Positions 50,132 to 61,900 are shown, counted from the first letter of the stretch. The stretch: DNA of 64,000 nucleotides from an uncultured Bacteroidota bacterium (GCA_963796995.1 CAWCNR010000003.1:92171-156170), one strand, 5' to 3'. Translations and numbers: made by a program. Notes: generated by a model not told the origin, from the letters alone.

Positions 50132-51444
50132 TGACCTAATGTTCCCAAAGCCTTTTCTACATCTATCTTACTTTCCAATAGTTGATATAATGCTGTATAA
50201 AGATTTAATTCTGACGTTCGCAAATCGCTTTCTGCAATTATCATATCAATATATGCTTTAATACCCTGCTGGTACTGTAACCTGATAACATTATACACAT
50301 CTTCGGCTAATTGCACATTTTCTTTTAATGCATCGTAATTTGCAAGGTTGCCTTTGTATGCAGCCAATGCTCTTGCATAATCTGTCCTTATGATATCTTT
50401 AAAATATGCGATAGCCCAATCTAACCTGTCGACCTGCAATTGCGCCGTTCGCACCTGGAAAACTCTTTTTGTTCCCTGGAAAATGGGGAAGCTTAATTGT
50501 AAACCAACATTTGAATTGGGGAAAGACTGGTTATATAATTTTCCAAAACTATTATTCAGGAAATTAAAATTGTAATTACCATATGCAGACAAGGATGGTA
50601 AAAAACCCCACTTATAATATTTTAAATTGTACTGCTGCAAATTTTTCTCCGTCTGCAACAATCGGTATTCGATCCTGTTGTCGTAGTTAATTTGCTGAGT
50701 AGTGTCGAGAAAGATTTCGTTTTCGAGTTGTGCAGTGTCATACTGAAGTTCTAATGCTGCGCTATCCGGATAACCCATTAACTGTCGCAGGTAAAAATAT
50801 TTCGCTGTCAAAAGTTCCTCTTGTTGTCTTCGCTGTGCGTTTGCATTATTTAAAGAAATGGTGGCACGTTTATAATCAGTCTTGTCAACGATACCACCTT
50901 TATACTGATTGTACGCATCCTGCAAACTTTTATTCAGTCGACCAATATCTTCATCAAGCACCGAAACCTGTTTTTTAGTAAGAAGTACATCATAAAAAGC
51001 TTTACTGACGCTTGCGGCGACCCCGATTCTTGTGCTATCTGTTACCTCGCTGGCTGCTTTTTTTATATCACCGGAAGATCTTAGTGCCAGTAGCACGTCC
51101 CTGTTAAAAATATTTTGAGTAGCTCCAAATTGAACTGCAGAATTATTCTTTGTTCCGTTAGAAACGTAGTTTCCTCCGAAATAAAGGGTCGGGAGTTTCA
51201 CGTTATATTGGTAGGAAGCATTCAGATTTAGTTGAGGAAACCAATCAGCAAGTTTGCTGTGAATGGTAGCGGCGGCGATCTTTTCATCAATCAGCGATTG
51301 CTGAATAACGGGCTGATGTTCCAGCGCATATTGCACACAGGCCGGAAGCGTTGCACTCGGTAATGTATCGTTCGAGGCTGGTTGGGCAAAAACATTGAAA
51401 AAACAAAAAGCAGACGCAGCAGTGAGAATTAAGTTTCGTATCAT
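50128..51444 (-). CDS. TolC family outer membrane efflux protein
   Basis: 438 aa with signal peptide and two-repeat TolC architecture. First gene of the OMP-MFP-RND operon. Confidence 0.85.
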   Translation of the reverse strand: MIRNLILTAASAFCFFNVFAQPASNDTLPSATLPACVQYALEHQPVIQQSLIDEKIAAATIHSKLADWFPQLNLNASYQYNVKLPTLYFGGNYVSNGTKNNSAVQFGATQNIFNRDVLLALRSSGDIKKAASEVTDSTRIGVAASVSKAFYDVLLTKKQVSVLDEDIGRLNKSLQDAYNQYKGGIVDKTDYKRATISLNNANAQRRQQEELLTAKYFYLRQLMGYPDSAALELQYDTAQLENEIFLDTTQQINYDNRIEYRLLQTEKNLQQYNLKYYKWGFLPSLSAYGNYNFNFLNNSFGKLYNQSFPNSNVGLQLSFPIFQGTKRVFQVRTAQLQVDRLDWAIAYFKDIIRTDYARALAAYKGNLANYDALKENVQLAEDVYNVIRLQYQQGIKAYIDMIIAESDLRTSELNLYTALYQLLESKIDVEKALGTLGQ

Positions 51445-51646
51445 TCGTTGGCCAAAATATTTGTCAATTTCAGTAATAATTTTTTGACAGCAATGATAAT
51501 ACCCGAAAATTTTTTCAACGGTACTGATTCCTTCACATTCGCCATTGTTTCTCTTCCGTCCGGTACCAGACCTATTATAACATCTTCGGATAGGGTTTGT
51601 TTATATTTGTTCCAGTTTAAGAAAAATTAAGTTGTTGGGGCGAGCC

Positions 51647-52264
51647 ATGTCTGAAACAAATTCATATCCACGAATTCCTACTTCAAGAATCGAAGCTTTC
51701 AGTGATGGTATGTTTGCCATTATTATTACAATAATGGTACTTGAACTAAAACCGCCTCATGGAAGCAGTTGGACAGATATAAAATCAATTATGCCTGCTT
51801 TAATCAGTTATGTAATGAGTTTTTTGTTTGTTGGCGTGTATTGGGGAAATCATCATCACCTGATGCTTGCTGTAAAAAGACTTTCTTCAGGCATTATGCT
51901 TTCCAACCTCAATTTGCTTTTTTGGCTTTCCCTCGTTCCATTTGTAACCGGATGGGTGGGAGAAAATAACTTTGCATCGTTACCAGTTGCCATCTACGCA
52001 GCATTGCTGGATATTTGTGGTCTCTCTTATACAATTTTGCAGAAAATGATTGAGGCCTGTCATAAAGATCTTCACCTAAAAGAAAATTTTAAAAAACACT
52101 CCAGGAAGGGAATCCTTTCGTTGCTTTGCTATACAACGGCCATACCCCTTGCTTACGTTAATTCCCGCATTTCTATCATTATTTTTTTTACAGTGGCTAT
52201 TTTATGGCTTATTCCGGATAAAAGCATTATTATGAAGAATGACAAATTTCCTGCTACTCATTGA
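51647..52264 (+). CDS. TMEM175/DUF1211 family potassium-channel-like protein
   Basis: ..RIEAFSDGMFAIIITIMVLEL.. signature. 6 TM helices. Confidence 0.75.
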   Translation: MSETNSYPRIPTSRIEAFSDGMFAIIITIMVLELKPPHGSSWTDIKSIMPALISYVMSFLFVGVYWGNHHHLMLAVKRLSSGIMLSNLNLLFWLSLVPFVTGWVGENNFASLPVAIYAALLDICGLSYTILQKMIEACHKDLHLKENFKKHSRKGILSLLCYTTAIPLAYVNSRISIIIFFTVAILWLIPDKSIIMKNDKFPATH

Positions 52265-52311
52265 AAAAGAAAAACAGTATTTTTATTCGGATGTAGAAAG
52301 GATTGCTAACA

Positions 52312-52809
52312 ATGGCAGAAATTCAAACCACATATTATCATTCGCCTGTCGGGCTTTTAAAAATTTCCGGCACTGATAATTACATCACAGAAGTTGTGTT
52401 CAATGACAAAGTGCAAAAGACCGATGGCGGAAAAAAGAATTTATCGCCCATGCTCATACAATGCGTAGAGCAATTGATCCAATATTTTAATGGGGAACGG
52501 CGGGTGTTTGAATTACCTATCAATCAACAGGGCACCGCCTTTCAACAGGAAGTTTGGAATGAGTTAATGGCGATCCCGTTCGGAAAAACTATTAGCTATA
52601 TCGAACTTGCCCGCCGAACAGGTGATCCAAAAGCCACAAGGGCTGTAGCAAACGCTAATGGAAAAAATAATGTTGCCATCATCGTTCCTTGTCATCGGGT
52701 GATCGGCGCAAACAAAGAGTTGGTCGGTTACTCCGGCGGATTGTGGCGAAAGAAATGGTTGCTGGAACATGAAATGAAAGTGGCTTATGGAGTGCAGACA
52801 CTTTTTTAA
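52312..52809 (+). CDS. ogt: methylated-DNA--protein-cysteine methyltransferase
   Basis: Active site ..IVPCHRVIG.. and ..ISYIELARRTG... Confidence 0.85.
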   Translation: MAEIQTTYYHSPVGLLKISGTDNYITEVVFNDKVQKTDGGKKNLSPMLIQCVEQLIQYFNGERRVFELPINQQGTAFQQEVWNELMAIPFGKTISYIELARRTGDPKATRAVANANGKNNVAIIVPCHRVIGANKELVGYSGGLWRKKWLLEHEMKVAYGVQTLF

Positions 52810-52863
52810 AAAGTCAAAAGTAAAAATTCAAAAAGTTAATCAAGGAAGGTTCATATTTTTACT

Positions 52864-53349
52864 TCATTGCAATTCTTCATTCGTAAATGCAAGTGGCAAT
52901 AATTGACTTGCTGATTTTATAACATACACCTTTCCTTCCATCCCTGCCAATAATAATCTTACCGGCTTTTTCATTCTGGCCTCAAACTCCTGCAAAGATT
53001 GACGACACATGCCGCATGGAGAAATCGGGTGATCGCTTTGTACAACTTTGCTTTGATAACTGACAGCCATCGTTTCAATAGGTGTACCAGGATAAAGAGA
53101 GGAAACAGAGCCTAACAACACACGTTCTGCGCAAATGCCCACCGGGAAAGAAGCATTTTCCTGGTTACTGCCGGAAACAATTTTTCCGTTGGTGAGTCTT
53201 GCAGCTGCTCCCACATAAAAGTGAGAATAAGGTGCATAAGCATTTTCAGTTACACTGCGGGCATGCTTCAACAATTCCTGGTCTTCTTTGCTTAACTCAT
53301 CAATGCTTTCATAAACATCAAATGAAAATTCGAATTTTCTCTTTTCCAT
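52864..53349 (-). CDS. cdd: cytidine deaminase
   Basis: Zn motifs ..CAERV.. and ..PCGMCRQ... ORF 52864..53382 trimmed to the ATG at 53349. Confidence 0.8.
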   Translation of the reverse strand: MEKRKFEFSFDVYESIDELSKEDQELLKHARSVTENAYAPYSHFYVGAAARLTNGKIVSGSNQENASFPVGICAERVLLGSVSSLYPGTPIETMAVSYQSKVVQSDHPISPCGMCRQSLQEFEARMKKPVRLLLAGMEGKVYVIKSASQLLPLAFTNEELQ

Positions 53350-53415
53350 AAAACGTATAAAGTGTGGTGTAAGACCATCCAATTGCCTCGATAGTGAACC
53401 CGGTATACCAATAAT

Positions 53416-54954
53416 CTATTTCACTATTTTGAAGAATCTGTCCCATCTTGGGCCATGTCCCCAACTGAGCCAAATGATGGCCGCTTTACCTACAATATGA
53501 TCTTCCGGTACAAAACCCCAAAAACGGGAATCCTGCGATTTGTGACGATTATCTCCCATCATCCAATAATAATCCATCTTAAACGTGTATGTGTTCGCTT
53601 CTTTTCCATCGATAAAAACCTTTCCATCTTTTTGCTCCCAGCTATTTTTTTCATACACTTCGATACACCGTTTGTAGAGATCAATATTTTGAGGGGTCAG
53701 GGGAATGGTCGCTCCTTTCCTTGGGATCCAAACAGGTCCGAAATTATCTATCGACCAATTAAAATATTTAGGATCATATGGAAAAACTTCACTGGTAGAA
53801 TCAATCTCTCTTGTAATGGAACTATCAATAACGCCGGGAATTTTCTTTAATATTTCAAGCTCAACCGGTGTAATATTGATACGATAGAAATAGCCCATGC
53901 CTGGAATAAAATCCGGGTCCTGGTCGTCCTGGTTCAGCCGAATACCTGCATCCTTTAACTGGTCCTCATACATCATAACATTTTTCGTCTTAAAATCGTA
54001 AAAAGTAGCAGACGTAGGCGAAACAAATGCGGGCTTGCCATTTACAAACAAAACACCATTTACAATCTTTAATGTGTCTCCGGAAATCCCAACGCACCTC
54101 TTAATATAGTTATCTGTTTTATCGACAGGATGAATAGCCAGGGGATAATCTTCAGGGTCGTTCAAAATAGATTGATCCGCCTGAGAACCCTCACCAGCCC
54201 TTCGCTTAATATCGTAATAGGGAATGGCAGATTGAAACTCCGGTTTGTTTATCACTGTATCCCCTTCCGGAAAATTAAACACGACATCGTCATTTCTCTT
54301 TACCGGGGAAGGCCACCAGCGTGTGTAAGGAAGCTTTATTAATGTGCTATAAGATTTCCAACTGGTGCCGGGAATATAATTATGAATGAATGGTATTGAT
54401 AAAGGAGTATTCGGAAGCCGCGGACCATAACTCAACTTACTTACAAAAAGAAAATCGTTTACCAATAAAGTTTTTTCCATAGATGCGGATGGAATGGTAT
54501 ACGCTTCAAAAACAAATGTGCGAATAAGAGTAGCCGCTACAATAGCAAAGATGGCCGCATCAAACCATTCTCTCGTGGCCGTTTTCTTGTGTTTTTTTAA
54601 AGCTTCGGGTCCGAGATATTTTACTTTTTCATAAAAGGCGAGATATGGAAAATATAAGGGCGCCAGTAATGAGGCCAATATATGTGAGCCAATAGAAAAT
54701 TTTCCATACAACTTTACAAACTCAATAAAAATACCGGGAGTGATGAACCAGCCAACCACAGGAATAAATTGCCAGAATACCCAATGTCTTGGTCTTTTGG
54801 CAAGGGTTTCCATGATCCATGTATTATAAAAAGGGATAAAAGCATTCCACGCAGGCACACCTGCTTTTTCAAACAATTTCGTCAAACCGAAAGAAGGTAA
54901 AAAGACAAGCAGCAGTTGAATGAGATAAATAATTAACAGATCCTGTAAAGGCAT
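53416..54954 (-). CDS. lepB: signal peptidase I (long Bacteroidota form)
   Basis: ..IPSASMEKTLLVNDFLFVSK.. (Ser box) and ..GDNRHKSQDSRFWGFVP... Confidence 0.85.
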   Translation of the reverse strand: MPLQDLLIIYLIQLLLVFLPSFGLTKLFEKAGVPAWNAFIPFYNTWIMETLAKRPRHWVFWQFIPVVGWFITPGIFIEFVKLYGKFSIGSHILASLLAPLYFPYLAFYEKVKYLGPEALKKHKKTATREWFDAAIFAIVAATLIRTFVFEAYTIPSASMEKTLLVNDFLFVSKLSYGPRLPNTPLSIPFIHNYIPGTSWKSYSTLIKLPYTRWWPSPVKRNDDVVFNFPEGDTVINKPEFQSAIPYYDIKRRAGEGSQADQSILNDPEDYPLAIHPVDKTDNYIKRCVGISGDTLKIVNGVLFVNGKPAFVSPTSATFYDFKTKNVMMYEDQLKDAGIRLNQDDQDPDFIPGMGYFYRINITPVELEILKKIPGVIDSSITREIDSTSEVFPYDPKYFNWSIDNFGPVWIPRKGATIPLTPQNIDLYKRCIEVYEKNSWEQKDGKVFIDGKEANTYTFKMDYYWMMGDNRHKSQDSRFWGFVPEDHIVGKAAIIWLSWGHGPRWDRFFKIVK

Positions 54955-55123
54955 ATCCTTAGTTTAAGCGGGCAAATTTATTATAATAATTGACGAACTG
55001 AAACTTATAATCTTCAAAGTTTTGCTAAGATGCACGACTGGTTTATTGCTTTAGGCAAGATAAGGAACAAAGCGGGAATAAGTTAATCAACCAATAATCT
55101 AATCAACTGATAAACCAGAAATC

Positions 55124-56284
55124 CTACTTGGGCACAACATAGTTCTTGACATCTTCCGTTGTAATGGTCTTTCCGGAAAGTATAATCAATCTTTCCACTA
55201 CATTTCTCAGTTCACGAATATTTCCTGTCCAATCATAATTTTCCAGCAATTTCAAGGCATCATCGTCCATCGTTTTTTTAGCAATGCCATAGTCTGTACA
55301 AATATCTGTGAGGAACTGATCGACCAGCGGCGGAATATCATCACGTCTTTCATTCAAAGAAGGTACATGTATAATAATAACACTGATACGATGATATAAA
55401 TCGAGACGAAAAGTCTTTGCTTCAACTTCTTTTAAAAGATCTTTATTGGTAGCGGCAACTACACGAACGTCAACATTAATATCTTTATCCGCTCCCACCC
55501 TTGTAATTTTTCCTTCCTGCAATGCACGCAGCACTTTTGCCTGTGCATTCAAACTCATGTCGCCAATTTCATCCAGGAAAAGTGTACCGCCATTTGCCTG
55601 TTCAAATTTTCCGATCCTTTGTTTAATAGCGGATGTAAATGAACCTTTTTCATGTCCGAACAATTCACTTTCGATAAGTTCACTCGGAATTGCCGCGCAA
55701 TTGACTTCTACCAAAGGGCCTGTTGACCTGTTGCTCTTTTCATGTATCCATCTTGCAACAAGTTCTTTACCGACACCGTTCTCGCCGGTTATCATTACCC
55801 GTGCATCAGTAGGCGCTACTTTATCAATTGTTTCCCTGATTTTTAAAATCGGCGTCGATTGACCAATCATTTCCTGCACCTTGTTCACTTTTTTCTTCAA
55901 CACCTTTGCCTCAGAAACAAGATTGCTTTTATCCATCGCATTGCGAATGGTAATTAACAGGCGATTCAGATCAGGCGGTTTGGAAATGTAATCGTAAGCG
56001 CCGGTTTTTACAGCTTCAACAGCCGTTTCAATATTACCGTGGCCCGAGATCATGATAATCGGAACATCCGGGTTGCTCTCTCCCGCTTTTTGTAAAAATT
56101 CAATGCCATCGATCTTGGGCATTTTTATATCGCACAAAACAACATCGTAGTTTTTTTCCTTAAATTTTTTCAACCCTTCTTCTCCGTCTGAAGCTTCTTC
56201 AATCTTGTAGCCTTCAAAAGAAAGTATTTCTCCCAGCGTTTTCCTGATCGATTTTTCGTCGTCGATGATCAATATTTCTGCCAT
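55124..56284 (-). CDS. sigma-54-dependent response regulator (REC + AAA+), no C-terminal HTH
   Basis: REC domain (..DVVLCDIKMP..). AAA+ domain with GENGVGKE, GHEKGSFTSA (GAFTGA-like) and ..NIRELRNVVERL... The ORF ends ~30 aa after the AAA+ domain. Confidence 0.85.
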   Translation of the reverse strand: MAEILIIDDEKSIRKTLGEILSFEGYKIEEASDGEEGLKKFKEKNYDVVLCDIKMPKIDGIEFLQKAGESNPDVPIIMISGHGNIETAVEAVKTGAYDYISKPPDLNRLLITIRNAMDKSNLVSEAKVLKKKVNKVQEMIGQSTPILKIRETIDKVAPTDARVMITGENGVGKELVARWIHEKSNRSTGPLVEVNCAAIPSELIESELFGHEKGSFTSAIKQRIGKFEQANGGTLFLDEIGDMSLNAQAKVLRALQEGKITRVGADKDINVDVRVVAATNKDLLKEVEAKTFRLDLYHRISVIIIHVPSLNERRDDIPPLVDQFLTDICTDYGIAKKTMDDDALKLLENYDWTGNIRELRNVVERLIILSGKTITTEDVKNYVVPK

Positions 56285-56590
56285 TAAGTAGAACAGTTTT
56301 TATTTAGGGTGCAAAAATAACCAAAACCTTCCACCCTTAACGGGGAGTTTTGCATTTTCAAACTTGTTTTGAATATTCAAAAATATAAAAAGGCTTATTG
56401 CAAAAATTAAAATCAGGAAGAAAGACTGATCTAAGTTGTCCTTTAGGGAGACAGAGGGTAAAAAAAGAAGCCGGATAGAAATCCAGCCTCGTATAAAATC
56501 CAATATCCTATGAAAAACCATAACAAAGATGTATTTTCTTATTGAAACGCTGCATTAATCTTATCTAAATCTTATTAACATAGTGTAAAG

Positions 56591-56622
56591 AAAAAAACCC
56601 GGAGAGATTCCCCGGGTTTTTT
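56591..56622. terminator. bidirectional rho-independent terminator
   Basis: A7-ACCCGG..CCGGGT-T6 hairpin just downstream of pdhB. Confidence 0.7.
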
Positions 56623-56638
56623 AAACATAACGTGAGTT

Positions 56639-57640
56639 TTATTTATGCAAATACATTACTTCTTTTACCAGTTTTACCGTTTTGGGCACATCGGGCAAAG
56701 CACTCGCTACCAGGTTGGGCGCATAGTGCAAAGGTGCGTCTGCCGCCGTGATGCGGCGAATAGGAGCATCAAGATAATCAAACCCTTCTTTTTGCACCTG
56801 GTACGTTATCTCTGAAGATACAGAACCAAAAGGCCACTGTTCTTCAACGATTACCAGGCGGTTCGTTTTCTTTACACTTTCCAAAATTGTTTTCCAGTCC
56901 AGCGGACGGATCGTTCTCAGGTCAATCACTTCGGCGCTGATATTTTCTTTCTCCAATTCGGATGCAGCAGCCATTGCCACGTTCATCATTTTATTAAAAG
57001 ATACAATCGTTACATCATTTCCTTCTCTTTTCACATCTGCTTTTCCCAAATGGATGTAATATTCGTCTTCAGGAACTTCGGACTTATCTCCGTATGAAAC
57101 TTCACTTTCCATGAACAATACCGGATCTTCTTCATATCGGATCGCTTGCTTCAACAACCCTTTTGCATCATAACCATTGCTGGGTGAAACAACTTTGATT
57201 CCCGGAATGTTGGCATATAAACTTTCATATGCAGTGGAATGTTGAGCACCCAATTGACCGGCAGAACCATTTGGTCCGCGAAAAACAATCGGACAGGATA
57301 TTTGCCCGCCACTCATCGCAAGCATCTTGGAGGCCGTGTTGAGTATTTGATCCAAAGCAAGATTCGCAAAGTTCCAGGTCATAAATTCCACTATAGGTCG
57401 CAATCCGTTTTGTGCAGCGCCTACGCCTATCGCCGTAAAACCCAATTCTGAAATAGGTGTGTCAATTACTCTTTTCGCCCCAAACTCAGCCAGCATACCC
57501 TGGCTTACTTTATAAGCGCCGTTGTATTCAGCCACTTCTTCACCCATTAGAAAAACTCTTTCATCTCTTCTCATTTCTTCTACCATTGCTTCACGAAGAG
57601 CTTCACGATATGCAATTTGTCTTGCCATCCTTTTTATCAA
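56639..57640 (-). CDS. pyruvate/2-oxoacid dehydrogenase E1 component beta subunit
   Basis: ..REALREAMVEEMRRDERVFLMGEEVAEYNGAYKVS... The true start may be the second ATG (MARQ.., 57628). Confidence 0.85.
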   Translation of the reverse strand: MIKRMARQIAYREALREAMVEEMRRDERVFLMGEEVAEYNGAYKVSQGMLAEFGAKRVIDTPISELGFTAIGVGAAQNGLRPIVEFMTWNFANLALDQILNTASKMLAMSGGQISCPIVFRGPNGSAGQLGAQHSTAYESLYANIPGIKVVSPSNGYDAKGLLKQAIRYEEDPVLFMESEVSYGDKSEVPEDEYYIHLGKADVKREGNDVTIVSFNKMMNVAMAAASELEKENISAEVIDLRTIRPLDWKTILESVKKTNRLVIVEEQWPFGSVSSEITYQVQKEGFDYLDAPIRRITAADAPLHYAPNLVASALPDVPKTVKLVKEVMYLHK

Positions 57641-57788
57641 TTTTAGGATGGCAAAAATATGTGAGAAGCCGGATAAAACCTAAACTGGTTCCTTGTTGTT
57701 AGTTACTGGTTACAAATCTTTTCTCAAATAATTTCAGTTGTTCGTACCGGCAGGCAACCAGAAACCTGCAACCAGTATCTTTGTTGAA

Positions 57789-58806
57789 ATGGATAAGAAT
57801 CACTACACAATTATAATTATAGGCGGAGGACCTATCGGGTTGGCCTGCGCCCTGGATGCTCAAAATGCAACACTTGATTACCTGGTCCTCGAAAAAGGAT
57901 CTCTCGTTAATTCATTATATAACTATCCGGTTAATATGACCTTTTTTTCTACATCAGAAAGACTTGAGATCGGTGGAATTCCTTTTGTTTCCAATAATCC
58001 AAAACCTACAAGACCCGAAGCACTGGAATATTATCGTCGGGTAGCATTGTCGAGGCATGTAAATATTCAATTGTTTGAAAAAGTTTTGGAGGTAAAGGAG
58101 CAAGGCACAAGATTCAAGGGACAAGAAACCAACAACCGGCAACAAGGAAATTACAAGGTAATAACAAACAAGAATGAGTATACCGCAGAATTATATAATT
58201 ATCGCAACAGGATTTTATGATATCCCTTACAAATTAAATGTGCCGGGTGAAGAATTACCCAAGGTGACACATTATTATAAGGACCCTCATTTCTATGCTT
58301 TTCAAAAAGTGCTGGTGGTTGGAGCCAGTAATTCTGCAGTAGATGCCGCATTAGAAACATGGAGAAAAGGAGCTGAAGTAACAATGGTGGTACGAGGAAG
58401 CCAGATCGGCGAACGGGTAAAATATTGGGTACGGCCTGATATTGTCAATCGGATCAATGAAGGATCGATCAAAGCGTATTTCAATTCAACTGTAAAAGAA
58501 ATTCATGAACACAGTGTGGACATTCAAACACCGGAAGGTCCCGTTACAGTTGAAAATGATTGGGTGATCGCTATGACCGGTTATCAACCCAACCTGGATT
58601 TTTTAAGAAAACTAGGGATCCGGTTATCAGACGATGAAGTAAGAAAACCAGTATACGATGAATCTTCTTATGAAACCAACGTAAAAAATATTTTTATAGC
58701 GGGCGTTATTTGCGGGGGGATGAATACGCATCGCCTGTTTATCGAGAACTCGCGGGAACATGCAGAAAAAATAGTCAGGACAATAAAAGAAAGAGAACAA
58801 AGCTGA
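57789..58806 (+). pseudogene. YpdA-family FAD/NAD(P)-dependent (putative bacillithiol disulfide) reductase, single frameshift
   Basis: ORF 57738..58220 carries IIIIGGGPIGLACA (FAD site). ORF 58174..58806 continues ..YIIIATGFYD..VLVVGASNSAVD.. in the +1 frame. The break lies within 58174..58220, near GCAGAATTATAT. Confidence 0.75.
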
Positions 58807-58988
58807 TCTGTACACCAAGGCATCCGTGTAACATCATCGAAAAAAATACAATATGGTAAAGATAATTTTCGCACGAGGGTTGTAATACTCCTTGGGGCTG
58901 ATAACAATTTTTTAAAGAAAAAGCCGTTTTAATGCATTGTGAGAATACGAAGTAGTTAAGTGTGATTTGATCTAATATCCTTGTTCTG

Positions 58989-61900
58989 ATGAAATCCAAG
59001 CCAATTTCCTTTATAGGAACTATCCTGCTAATCCTCTTTTGCCACTACACCAGGGCTCAATCTATTGGTGCAAATGCTTCTGCCGTTTGGATTACTGACT
59101 GTAGCCAAAGTGCTTTTCTGAATACCACCGGTTCGATTGGTTCATCAAATTTGCCTTCAGACCTCGGTGTATATACACAAAATTCCGGTTCACTTATTCT
59201 CAGCGGCGCACAAGTCAATACTTTTAAAAATCCCGCTTCATCCAATGTTTGCTCTGTACGTATGTATTATAATATACATCTTCAAAGCAATCCTGCAGGT
59301 TCATTCACTTCCGTTGACCTTCCTTTGTTAGAAGGTTGTAATGGATCCAATCAATACCCTTCAGATGGAAGTGCATGCTCTTTGGGCGATCAGAGATGGC
59401 AAAACTTTTTTAGTGATATTGATCTGACTGCCCGTGCTCCCGGAAATTATGTACTTGAAATTTATTATGAAATATCCGGCTCCAATACCACCATCAATCT
59501 ATGCGATGAAACTGTAACACAAAACAACGGCGGAGCTAACTACAAAACAAACTTCACTATTCAGTCACCTAACCTGTCAAGTACAAATCCATCATCCTGT
59601 TTTGGCAATGAAGGATCGATCACAATTGGCGGACTGGCTCCCGGCGCTACTTACCTGTTAAGTTATACAGGCAATGGTGTTGCTATAGGCCCGGCTTCGT
59701 TTACCGCGAACGGTTCGGGACAAATTATTATCACAGGTTTGAAAAAGGGATTTTATTCTGACTTTGTTCTCCAGATCAATAACTGCGAAACGAATCTATT
59801 TACAGGAATTATTTTATCAGATCCGATATTCATTCCGAAATTTAATCCAATCCCTCCGTTTTGTGCTGGAACCCCGGCACCTGCGCTGCCAACCACATCA
59901 AACAACGGGATCGCAGGAACATGGAATCCGGCAACCATCGACAATCAAAATTCAGGAAGCTACACTTTTACTCCCAATGCAAATCAATGTGGAGCATCGG
60001 TTACAATTAATGTAACGGTAAATCCAAGGACCACGCCGACATTTAGTTTCGGCACGAGTTTATCAATTTGTGCAGGTGGAACTGTACCAACTTTGCCGCC
60101 AACATCGCAAAATGGAATACCCGGGACATGGAGTCCTTCCACAGTTGATAACCAGAATTCCGGAACCTATACATTTACACCCAATGCAGGACAGTGTGCA
60201 AATCCAACAACATTTAATGTAACAGTAACTCCTAATATTACACCAACATTTAGTTTTGGAACCAGTTTATCAATTTGTGCCGGGCAGGCTGTTCCCACGT
60301 TACCTGCTACTTCAGACAACGGAATCACCGGAAGCTGGAGTCCGTCAACGGTCGATGATCAAAATTCAGGAACTTATACTTTTACACCTGGTGCCGGGCA
60401 GTGTGCTACAGCTACTACATTTGATGTAACAGTTAATCCCAACATTACTCCCACATTCAACTTCGGAACAAGTCTATCTGTTTGTTCAGGTGCAAGTGTG
60501 CCTACTCTCCCAACAACATCTCAAAATGGAATAGCAGGCACATGGAGTCCTTCCACAGTTGATAATTTAGTTTCCGGTACCTATATATTTACACCTGATG
60601 CAGGACAGTGTGCAACTTCAACTTCTTTTGATGTAACCATCAATCCAAATATCACCCCAACATTTACTTTCGGAACCAATTTATCCATTTGTACCAATGG
60701 AGCTGTTCCTATTCTACCGACCACTTCAACAAATGGGATAACGGGACTCTGGACGCCTTCTGTTGTCGACAATCAAAATTCAAACAGTTATTTATTTGTG
60801 CCCACTGCCGGACAATGTGCAACCACTGCAACATTTAACGTGACGGTAAATCCAAACATCACTCCGACATTTAGTTTTGGAACCAGTCTTTCGATTTGCA
60901 ACGGAGGTACGGTACCGACTTTGCCGGCAACTTCATCCAACGGAATAATCGGAACGTGGAGTCCTTCTGCTGTTGACAATCAAAATTCGGGCACTTACAC
61001 ATTTACTCCAATGGGAGCACAGTGTGCAACAACTGCGACATTCGATGTGACGGTAAATCCCATTATCACTCCAACATTCAGCTTTGGATCTACTTTATCA
61101 ATTTGCGCAGGTGGCAGTGTGCCAACTTTGCCAATAACATCGCAAAATGGTATTACAGGTACTTGGAGTCCTTCAATCGTCGATAATCAAAATTCAAATA
61201 TTTACGAATTCACACCGGATGCCGGGCAGTGTGCAATGACCACATCTTTTTCGGTAACAGTTGCTCCCAATATTACTCCTGCATTTAGTTTTGGTACAAG
61301 TTTATCAATCTGTGCGGGAGGATCCGTACCCTCATCGCCTGCCACATCCGATAATGGAATTACAGGAACATGGAGTCCTTCTTCGATCGACAACCAGACT
61401 TCAGCCACATACACCTTTACTCCGGATGCAGGACAATGTGCAACCATCGCATCGTTAGCTGTGACTGTAAATCCAAACGTTACACCCACCTTTAGTTTTG
61501 GATCAACACTAACTATTTGCGCAGGTGGAACTGTACCGGCATTACCAACAACATCAGATAATGGTATAACAGGAACATGGAGTCCGGCAGCAGTTGACAA
61601 TCAAAATTCTGACACGTATACATTTAACCCTGATGCGGGGCAATGTGTTACAGGATCAATAACATTTTCCGTAACTGTTACTCCTAATGTAATACCCACA
61701 TTCACCCTCGGTGATACTTTAACCATTTGCAACGGTGCAACTGTTCCAGTATTACCGACAACATCAGATAATAGTTTAACCGGTACATGGAATCCGGCAA
61801 TTGTTAGTAATGCAACAAGTGGCACTTATATTTTTAACAGTAATTCGGTATCATGTGTTGTACCAGATACATTTACTGTAATTGTAAATCCCATCATTAA

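Noticed and set aside
56300-56521. 73 aa minus-strand ORF between the sigma-54 regulator and pdhB
   Set aside because: Low-complexity hydrophobic peptide in an AT-rich spacer with no supporting motif. I would not call it without expression data.
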